This document shows, piece by piece, positions 20,066 to 27,691 of a stretch of 64,000 nucleotides of DNA. Source of the DNA: Oceanicoccus sp. (GTDB taxonomy: Bacteria > Pseudomonadota > Gammaproteobacteria > Pseudomonadales > Dasaniaceae). The position numbers and the translations under genes were made by a program. The DNA is taken from contig JBNMPW010000001.1 of assembly GCA_051277205.1 (NCBI GenBank), forward strand, positions 1,405 through 65,404, read 5' to 3'. Positions within the stretch are counted from its first letter, which is position 1. The number at the start of each line of letters is the position of its first letter. A model generated the notes under the pieces. It made no database searches. It worked only from the letters and a program-made list of their open reading frames with translations, and was not told the origin of the DNA.

Positions 20066-22525
20066 TTAAAACTCATACCCAACATTAACACCTATAGTTC
20101 TAGGTGTCGTTATATAGTCACGCTGGTTATTACCGTAATAATTTTCAAAAGTGCCGGTATCTGTTGACTGATATGCCTCGGGGTAGCTACCCGTTACACC
20201 CTTCTCATTAAACATATTTTTGGCGTAGAGAGAGACTGACCAACTATCCATTCTCAAAGTACTTGTCACACTCCAAATACTAAAACTGTCATGAGTCTCT
20301 TGCTGAGTACTACTATCATCTACGTTATTCAATGAATCTGATTGATAATAACCACTCAAGCGAGTTACCAGAGTCATATCCGTATTAATATCCATCGTAT
20401 GATTCAGACCCAATGTCGCAACATGCTCTGGTGTGCCCGGTAAACGCTGGCCATCTTCGGATAGCACCGCTCCATATTGTGGCTGTATCAAGTCGTCTGT
20501 CAACTCAGCCTTGGTATAAGAGTAACCCGTCGTTACAATCAGATTTTCGGTGATAAGTGCCTCTAACTCTAATTCAACACCTTGAGTTTGAGCCGACTCT
20601 CCGTTTTGGGCCATGAAAAAGCCCCAGTCAGCCGTGGCTGTATCTATTTGCGGATCCTGCCAATCAATAAAGTATATATCAGCGGCATAACGTAATCTTT
20701 CGGTTGAGCCCTTGATACCAATTTCATAGTTTTTCACGGTATCTTTGCCGTATGTTTGTACCGAGTCGATATTGCCTTCCTCAAAAAAACCTGCATCGAT
20801 AATGACGTTTGAGCCACCACGACGGAATCCTTCAGAATATGTGGCATAAAGCATTGCACGATCAGTCACATCCCAAGACACATTGAGTTTAAATTGAGTA
20901 TCGTCTTCTTGCTGACTCGCATACTCTTTAAACGGTACATAATCCGGTTGATCAAACTCAGGGTAAAATGCTGAATCATTGGTTAGTTCATTATCAAACC
21001 AGCGCATACCCGCAGTAACACGCAACTCATCAGACACATTGTAAGTGACCTCACCATATACGGCTAAATCGGTAAAATTTTCCTTTCGTTCGAGAGACAC
21101 ATCTTTATCGTCAGTTGCACCATCCCACCATTCATCTGCTGGTGTTACAGCACCGTACTCTTTTAAACCCAATAAATGACTAAAGTTGGTGGATGAACGA
21201 TCTTGATCCATATAATAAAGACCAGCTAACCAGTCCACTTTAGCATCGCCGTTTGAAACTAGGCGAAACTCTTGAACAACAGCTTCTTCATCATAACCAG
21301 CCTCAACAAACGCCACAGGCCTAGGGTTACCGGTATAGAGTATGTCGAACCAATTCGCGAAACCGCCTCTGTCCGTCACCCAGATACTGGTATTATCTCT
21401 AACGCCATTACCAGAGTGATCATAATAAGATGTATTAGAAGTTAATGTTGCAAAGCCAAGGTCAACCTCCACATCAAGAGTTGTCAACTCTACTTCACGC
21501 TCAGAAGGCTCCAACATAGTTGAGCCGTTATCGTACTCACCGTATTTAATACCGCCGGGTAAATCATTAGTCCAGTTATAGTCACCGCCGTTTGTTACTG
21601 CTCGCCTTGCACCGACTTCATCTTCTTGACGCTGGTAATTTACCTGGATAGAAAGGTCATCAGTAGGCTCAAACCTTAATGAAGCCCGAGCATACTCAAT
21701 CTCAACTGTATCGGCATCATCCTTGGATGTATAACATGAGCCATTATTAATAATTTCACTGTCTGACAAAGAGCTGTCATTGACACTTACACAATCACCG
21801 CTATCCGTTTTCACCACGGGTATACCGTCAGCTAACTGATATAGATTCTTGAAATCAATAATACCATCGTTATCCATTTTTCCTGCTGACACTCTAAATG
21901 CCAACCGATCACTGATTGGTAAATTTAATACCATATCAATATTTTTATTATCGCCATCGGAACCGTCACTTTGGCCGTAGCCTGCATTCACACTACCACT
22001 TACTGCATCCATAGTAGGCTTATTCATAATGTATCGAACGGTTCCACCAAGCGACCCTGAACCATAAAGAGTACCCTGAGGACCTCTTAGAACCTCTACT
22101 CGCTCCATGTCTTTTAACAAAAAGTTGGCAAATATCGGCGTGTTATCAACATAGGTCGATACCGGCGCAACTGTTTGCTGCGCAACATCTCCAGAAATAC
22201 CACCGTTAACATTGATACCTCGAATAACAAGACTATTAGCAAGACCGCTATTTCTATGGCCTCGATCGTTTAAGGTAACACCAGGGATAGTACGCATTAA
22301 TTCTGTGCTATCGACGATTGCCTGCTCGGCGATATCACTCCCTTGAATCGCCGAGATATTAAAAGGAATATCCTGTGTTGATTGTGAGCGAGCGGTTGCG
22401 GTCACCATAACCTCTTCCAGCGCCGCCGAAGCTGAGCTAATAAACGCCACCTGCCCAGCTAACAATGTAGCTGTGGCGATTGAGATCGCTAAGGTTTTTT
22501 GTTGAAATTTGTTTGAACTACTCAT
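20066..22525 (-). CDS. TonB-dependent receptor
   Basis: Signal peptide, TonB box LEEVMVTA, plug motif ERVEVLRGPQGTLYG, C-terminal PRTIGVNVGYEF. Confidence 0.95.
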   Translation of the reverse strand: MSSSNKFQQKTLAISIATATLLAGQVAFISSASAALEEVMVTATARSQSTQDIPFNISAIQGSDIAEQAIVDSTELMRTIPGVTLNDRGHRNSGLANSLVIRGINVNGGISGDVAQQTVAPVSTYVDNTPIFANFLLKDMERVEVLRGPQGTLYGSGSLGGTVRYIMNKPTMDAVSGSVNAGYGQSDGSDGDNKNIDMVLNLPISDRLAFRVSAGKMDNDGIIDFKNLYQLADGIPVVKTDSGDCVSVNDSSLSDSEIINNGSCYTSKDDADTVEIEYARASLRFEPTDDLSIQVNYQRQEDEVGARRAVTNGGDYNWTNDLPGGIKYGEYDNGSTMLEPSEREVELTTLDVEVDLGFATLTSNTSYYDHSGNGVRDNTSIWVTDRGGFANWFDILYTGNPRPVAFVEAGYDEEAVVQEFRLVSNGDAKVDWLAGLYYMDQDRSSTNFSHLLGLKEYGAVTPADEWWDGATDDKDVSLERKENFTDLAVYGEVTYNVSDELRVTAGMRWFDNELTNDSAFYPEFDQPDYVPFKEYASQQEDDTQFKLNVSWDVTDRAMLYATYSEGFRRGGSNVIIDAGFFEEGNIDSVQTYGKDTVKNYEIGIKGSTERLRYAADIYFIDWQDPQIDTATADWGFFMAQNGESAQTQGVELELEALITENLIVTTGYSYTKAELTDDLIQPQYGAVLSEDGQRLPGTPEHVATLGLNHTMDINTDMTLVTRLSGYYQSDSLNNVDDSSTQQETHDSFSIWSVTSTLRMDSWSVSLYAKNMFNEKGVTGSYPEAYQSTDTGTFENYYGNNQRDYITTPRTIGVNVGYEF

Positions 22526-22620
22526 GAATATCCCCTGATTAGTTTTTTACCGTTATTGTGTTATAAGTTTATTAGTATTTTTTTCTAGGCTTAACCATAG
22601 TCAAGCCTAGAAAATCTACG

Positions 22621-22652
22621 TAGTACCAGTTGGTAAGTTTCTATGAGTCCAG
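22621..22652 (-). promoter_or_regulatory. Putative MocR-family operator, copy 2 (upstream of TonB receptor)
   Basis: CTGGACTCA-N14-CTGGTACTA; -10-like TATGGT at 22599-22594. Confidence 0.78.
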
Positions 22653-22685
22653 TTTGCACTCCACAAAAAAGCTGGGCCTATTAAT

Positions 22686-23546
22686 CTACTTATTGCTTTC
22701 TCGCGCTGGCACAAGCAAATCACCCAATTTAGCTAATACCGCCGATTTATCGTGACCATCTATATAAGGCGGAAATTTCACTTTACTGTCTCTAAAACTT
22801 TTTAATGTTTGCCCTAAGCCATGTATCCCGCGCTCTCTAACGCGACGAACATGCTGCATATCAATTTCAATCGGTATCGTCTCTGCGCCAATACCAGCCT
22901 GATAAATAATGGTGCCATCGGGACCAACCACGATAGATTTACCCTGCCCTATATCACCAGCAACATTTATATTAAAGAAATAGCACTGGCCAACGACGGC
23001 ATTGGTACGGGCAATTGAAAGCTCGATATCACGATCAATGGTATTGGTCATAGTTGGGCACAGAATCACTTCAGCCCCCATCCACGCTAGCGTGCGAGTC
23101 ACTTCAGGAAACCATTGGTCGTAGCAAATAGATACGCCAAACCGGCCGACATCGGGTACATCGAAGATACAAAATTGATCGCCGGCCTCAATGCCTTTCT
23201 CATAGGGATAGAATGGGAACATCTTGCGGTAACGGCTTATCACTTCACCATCAGGGTTAATAACCGGTGTCGTATTATAGGTTTTGTCCGCTTCTGCTTC
23301 ATACATGGAACCGGGGATCAACCAAATATTATGTTTATCCGCCAACTGACAATAAAACTGCTCGGCCTTGCCCGGCATCGCCTCTGCGTTAGCAGGGTCA
23401 GAGCCAAAGCTGGCCAATTCGCCCAGTAATATCATATCGACCCAAGGAAAAACACGGACTGTTTTTGCTATTTCCTGCTCAATTTCCGCAAGATTATCTT
23501 TTGCAGAAACGTCTAATTGCAAACTTGCAATCGAGAAGTGACTCAT
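22686..23546 (-). CDS. Carbon-nitrogen hydrolase (nitrilase superfamily amidase)
   Basis: E-K-C triad: LGELA, YRKMFPF, SICYDQWFPE. Confidence 0.92.
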   Translation of the reverse strand: MSHFSIASLQLDVSAKDNLAEIEQEIAKTVRVFPWVDMILLGELASFGSDPANAEAMPGKAEQFYCQLADKHNIWLIPGSMYEAEADKTYNTTPVINPDGEVISRYRKMFPFYPYEKGIEAGDQFCIFDVPDVGRFGVSICYDQWFPEVTRTLAWMGAEVILCPTMTNTIDRDIELSIARTNAVVGQCYFFNINVAGDIGQGKSIVVGPDGTIIYQAGIGAETIPIEIDMQHVRRVRERGIHGLGQTLKSFRDSKVKFPPYIDGHDKSAVLAKLGDLLVPARESNK

Positions 23547-23649
23547 TAAATACCCCTTTAAATGTCACCAGCTAACCGTATTATTTTTTTCGGCTAGATA
23601 TATACAGTGATTATGGGTAGCTAATGTAATAAACGGGAAAGGGTACACA

Positions 23650-23681
23650 TAGAGCCAGTTATAACTTGGTGATGAGTCCAG
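23650..23681 (-). promoter_or_regulatory. Putative MocR-family operator, copy 1 (upstream of C-N hydrolase)
   Basis: CTGGACTCA-N14-CTGGCTCTA; -10-like TACATT at 23628-23623. Confidence 0.78.
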
Positions 23682-23690
23682 ATACTTTGC

Positions 23691-25526
23691 CTAGGTATTT
23701 TCTTCACTACTAGGCTCAGTCTTTTTTAACACCCCCTGGTCAATTAAACGCCCTTGCTCATCAAATAGTTTAAAAATCTCATCATCCATCACTACCTGGT
23801 AGATGCCGATATCAGCCCAGGCCCAACGACTCCATTGCCGACACCAGTGATCACCTTCGACCCACCACTTACCGGTATCGCAATCTTCATTGGCATAACC
23901 CGCCTTGCCAACCAAACTCCCATCAGCATAAAGTTCTATCGAGCAGGGTTCGCCATAGGCAACCGGAGTAAACATGGTAGTGTTGGCCAGCACTTTGGGA
24001 ATATCGCCAGCCAATAACTGCGTGCCTCGCGAATTAGCAAAACTTTCAATTTTATTGGTGGTGAGGTCGTGAATAAGATCACGCAGTTTATCGACGCCCT
24101 CGCGAATACGCTCAGCGGGGATACTGGTCACCCCCATTCTAAAATAATCATTCAGCACTTGTTCACAAGCATAATAATGCTCCATTGGCTCTAACAAAAT
24201 GCCTCGCTTAGCCGCCTCTTGCACCAAGTGCTTAACATTGATATCACTCGACACACGAATCCACAACGCGGTCCCACCTTGTGCCGGGGTAATTTCAACA
24301 TAGGGCAATAAATAATAATTAACCGCGCGGCGCAAAGCGATCCAACGCTGCTCAAAGGTTTCATAAAGATGTAATAAAAAAGTATCGTAATAACCCAGCG
24401 ATAAAAAGAAAGCGGCGCTGCGCTGATTATTAAGTGGCGGATGCCGCACCATCAATCCACTGAGTTTACGTGCCTCTGCAATCACCTCTGGGGCCGCCAC
24501 CATAAAGCCTAAACGTAAGCCCGGCGACAAAACTTTAGACAGACAAGACATATAGATCACCCGGTTTTCGTTATCAATACTACGCAAAGCTGGGTGCGGG
24601 TGACCTAAATAATTACTCTCAAACTCAAAGTCGTCTTCAACAACCAGAAAATCTTGTAACGATGCTTTTTTCAGCAGGGCCTCACGACGCGCCATCGACA
24701 TAGTGACACCGGTCGGCGTTTGATGACTGGGCGTCACAAAAACCAATTGGCAATCATCTAAATGCTCATCAATCAACATGCCCTCTTTATCGACAGGCTG
24801 ATGGATAAGATTGGCGCCGCGCCGATCCAACAACTGCCTAGTGGCTGGATAGCCCGGTTCTTCAACCGCTACGCTAATGCTGTCATCGACCAACAACTGC
24901 GACACAAGATATAGCGCATGCTGGGTTCCGACGGTGATTAAAATTTCATCCGGACCCGCTTGAATACCACGGCGGGGTAAAATCTTGGTGCGAATTTCTT
25001 CGATCAACATCGGGTCATCCGCGTCACCGGTTTCACCCGCCCACTGATTTATCTCCCTAACACCTAGCGCCAGACGGCTAGCCTCGCGCCACTCCTTAAC
25101 CGGATACAGCGAGGTATCAAATTGACCATCGATAAAGGGAAACGGATATTGCTGCCAATTGGGGGGCGCCGAAAATTCTTTTTGTGGCGACAAGGAGCCT
25201 TTAAAACGCTGCTGCCATTGTGAGGTGATGTTAACCGCCGTATCAGACTTACCCTCAAAGCCAACATGGCCAGCCATAATTTTTTCATTAACATAGATCC
25301 CGCTGCGCTCGCGGCTGACCAAATACTCTTCATCGATCAGCTGCTGATACACCAACACCACGGTATTGCGCGCCACAGTGAGTTGGTCAGCCAGCTTACG
25401 GGATGAGGGTAATTTCTTACCCGCGGGGAATGTGCCCAACATAATTGCCTCAACCAGCTTTTGTCGAATCTGACTCTGCAGATTCAACTCGCTATCGGGG
25501 TCGAGATAAATAAGTGTTTTTTCCAT
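23691..25526 (-). CDS. MocR/GabR-family PLP-dependent transcriptional regulator with extra C-terminal domain
   Basis: GntR wHTH (LPSSRKLADQLTVARNTV), aminotransferase-like domain (EEPGY, TPSHQTPTG, EDDFE, SKVLSPGLRLG), ~125 aa Trp-rich tail. Confidence 0.92.
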   Translation of the reverse strand: MEKTLIYLDPDSELNLQSQIRQKLVEAIMLGTFPAGKKLPSSRKLADQLTVARNTVVLVYQQLIDEEYLVSRERSGIYVNEKIMAGHVGFEGKSDTAVNITSQWQQRFKGSLSPQKEFSAPPNWQQYPFPFIDGQFDTSLYPVKEWREASRLALGVREINQWAGETGDADDPMLIEEIRTKILPRRGIQAGPDEILITVGTQHALYLVSQLLVDDSISVAVEEPGYPATRQLLDRRGANLIHQPVDKEGMLIDEHLDDCQLVFVTPSHQTPTGVTMSMARREALLKKASLQDFLVVEDDFEFESNYLGHPHPALRSIDNENRVIYMSCLSKVLSPGLRLGFMVAAPEVIAEARKLSGLMVRHPPLNNQRSAAFFLSLGYYDTFLLHLYETFEQRWIALRRAVNYYLLPYVEITPAQGGTALWIRVSSDINVKHLVQEAAKRGILLEPMEHYYACEQVLNDYFRMGVTSIPAERIREGVDKLRDLIHDLTTNKIESFANSRGTQLLAGDIPKVLANTTMFTPVAYGEPCSIELYADGSLVGKAGYANEDCDTGKWWVEGDHWCRQWSRWAWADIGIYQVVMDDEIFKLFDEQGRLIDQGVLKKTEPSSEENT

Positions 25527-25566
25527 CGGGTAGTACTATTTAAAGGCGCTTTAATACAGCCGTTGA

Positions 25567-26151
25567 TTATTGTTGTTTCACCAAGCTTACCAGCTCATCC
25601 AGCATCCGCAATGACAAACCCCAGATCCGCTGCTCGCGGAAAAAATAACAAGGCAAATCCAAGGTGATTTTTTTCATCTGCCATTGCATGCGCTGGCGAT
25701 TACCGTGATCGGCCAAATATGCCAGCGGCAGCCAGATCACTTCGGCCACTTCATAATTAGGCGCTAACTCTGGCAGTTTATCCGCCATAAAAACATAAGG
25801 CGTTACCACCATCGGCTTGCGCCAGCGCAGGCTGGCGACCAGATCCGACAAGCGCCCCAAATACTCGGTATGCTGATCGGTATCTAGGCCAATTTCTTCC
25901 AAGGTCTCTCTTCTGGCGGTATGTAGATTATTGCGATCAAACTTCTCGCCTTTACCACCGGGAAATGCCATATGGCCCGACCAGGGGTCACCCTCTCGTT
26001 CAGAGCGCTTAATCATCAATACTTCCAAACCATGTGGCTGCTCACGCAGTATTAAGACCACCGCCGAACGCCTCACCCAGCGTCGATACCATTTCTTTTT
26101 TGGTTTAAAATGCTGCAGCTTACGGCTGGCATGTAACAGGGATTTAACCAC
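25567..26151 (-). CDS. Nudix hydrolase, CoA pyrophosphatase type
   Basis: WSGHMAFPGG...TARRETLEEIGL, IWGLS. Confidence 0.85.
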   Translation of the reverse strand: MVKSLLHASRKLQHFKPKKKWYRRWVRRSAVVLILREQPHGLEVLMIKRSEREGDPWSGHMAFPGGKGEKFDRNNLHTARRETLEEIGLDTDQHTEYLGRLSDLVASLRWRKPMVVTPYVFMADKLPELAPNYEVAEVIWLPLAYLADHGNRQRMQWQMKKITLDLPCYFFREQRIWGLSLRMLDELVSLVKQQ

Positions 26152-26220
26152 TCAGAACTCCGCTTTGGTGTAAAATGCGCCGCTTTGATAATAGCGATAG
26201 CTAAAACTAAGACCAAGATA

Positions 26221-27687
26221 ATGACAGCGAACACGATTATACACTTCAAAGATGTTTGGGCGGCCTACCGCGTTGACCCCGTTTTGCAGGATCTCAATTG
26301 GCATTGGCAAGCGGGCCAGCACTGGGCGATTATCGGCGGTAACGGTGCTGGCAAAAGCGCCATTGCACAGTTGATCGTTGACCAGCTACGCCCGCAGCGG
26401 GGTAGCATAGACAGTAGCATCCACCCTGATCAATGCCTGCATCTGAGCTTTGAAATGCAACGCGAGTTAATCAACCATGACATTCGCTTTGATGACAGCG
26501 AGACCCGCGATGATGCCTTTGATGTCGGCACTACTGTGCGCCAAGTGGTGTTACAGAAACACCCGCAAGACCAACAATTTGCTGCGGTGGTAAAACAATG
26601 CCACATCGACCATATTCTCGACCGCGGCATTCGTTTTGTCTCCACCGGTGAAAGCCGCAAAACCTTGCTGGCTCGAGCATTACTCAACCCACCACGACTA
26701 TTAATTCTCGACAATCCCTTTGAAGGCCTCGATAAACAGGCGCAGGCGGAGATGTGGCAAATCATCGATCAGTTGCTTAGTTCATCGATAGAGGTATTGC
26801 TGCTGCTCAAGCAGGTCGATGAAATCCCGCCGGCCGTCAGTCATCTGCTATGGGTTGAACAGGGGAAAGTGCAGGCCTGCGGTGACAAGCAAACAGTACT
26901 GGTAAAAGCCCAACAAGCGCAGCAGACCATCCAGCTAGGCGAGCTACCCAGCCCTCGCCAACGGTCTTACCCGATCGACACTAGCCAGCCATTACTAGAA
27001 CTCAAACAGGTCAATGTCAGCTATAACGAACAAGCCATTCTGAAAGATATTAATTGGCGTTTTGACTGGGGCCAACATTGCTGTATTGCCGGTCCTAACG
27101 GCGCAGGTAAGTCGACACTGCTAAGCTTACTCAGTGGGGAAAACCACAAAGCTTATGGCCAAAATATCAGTCTATTTGGTCGCCGCCGTGGCAGTGGCGA
27201 AAGTATTTGGGAATTAAAACAACGCTTTGGTGTAGTCAGCACCCAGCTGCAGCTTAATCATATTGGTCGTACGCGGGTTGCCGAAGTAATCGCCTCAGGC
27301 CTGTATGACAGTGTCGGCCTGCATCAACAATGCAGCGGACAAGATAGAAAAATAGCATTAGATTGGTTAAAGTTGATGGGGCTAGAAGATATTGCTACTA
27401 AAATGTACAACCAGCTTTCCTTCGGCCAGCAGCGCTTAGCAATGCTTGCCAGAGCCATGGTTAAATCACCGCTTATACTTATACTCGATGAACCCTGTAT
27501 CGGTCTCGACCAACACCATCGCGATTTGATCTTAGCCCTGGTGGATAAAATTGCTGCACGTGGTAATTGTCATATCTTGTATGTCAGTCACACGGCGACG
27601 GAGATACCCGCCTGTATTAATCAAACGCTGAGCTTAACGCCGCACAAAGATGGCGGTTATACTGCGCTTATTGATAACACATCATAA
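26221..27687 (+). CDS. modF: Duplicated ABC ATPase, ModF-like
   Basis: Two Walker A motifs (GGNGAGKS, GPNGAGKS), STGESRK, GSGESIWELK, LSFGQQR. Confidence 0.8.
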   Translation: MTANTIIHFKDVWAAYRVDPVLQDLNWHWQAGQHWAIIGGNGAGKSAIAQLIVDQLRPQRGSIDSSIHPDQCLHLSFEMQRELINHDIRFDDSETRDDAFDVGTTVRQVVLQKHPQDQQFAAVVKQCHIDHILDRGIRFVSTGESRKTLLARALLNPPRLLILDNPFEGLDKQAQAEMWQIIDQLLSSSIEVLLLLKQVDEIPPAVSHLLWVEQGKVQACGDKQTVLVKAQQAQQTIQLGELPSPRQRSYPIDTSQPLLELKQVNVSYNEQAILKDINWRFDWGQHCCIAGPNGAGKSTLLSLLSGENHKAYGQNISLFGRRRGSGESIWELKQRFGVVSTQLQLNHIGRTRVAEVIASGLYDSVGLHQQCSGQDRKIALDWLKLMGLEDIATKMYNQLSFGQQRLAMLARAMVKSPLILILDEPCIGLDQHHRDLILALVDKIAARGNCHILYVSHTATEIPACINQTLSLTPHKDGGYTALIDNTS

Positions 27688-27691
27688 AACG

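Noticed and set aside
17173-23681. Repeated motif read as CRISPR repeats or sigma54 promoters
   Set aside because: Copies are kilobases apart with no spacer array, and there is no TGGCAC-N5-TTGC spacing.
25531-25562. Fifth MocR operator upstream of the regulator
   Set aside because: Only a partial half-site (TAGTACTAT), with no partner 23 bp away.
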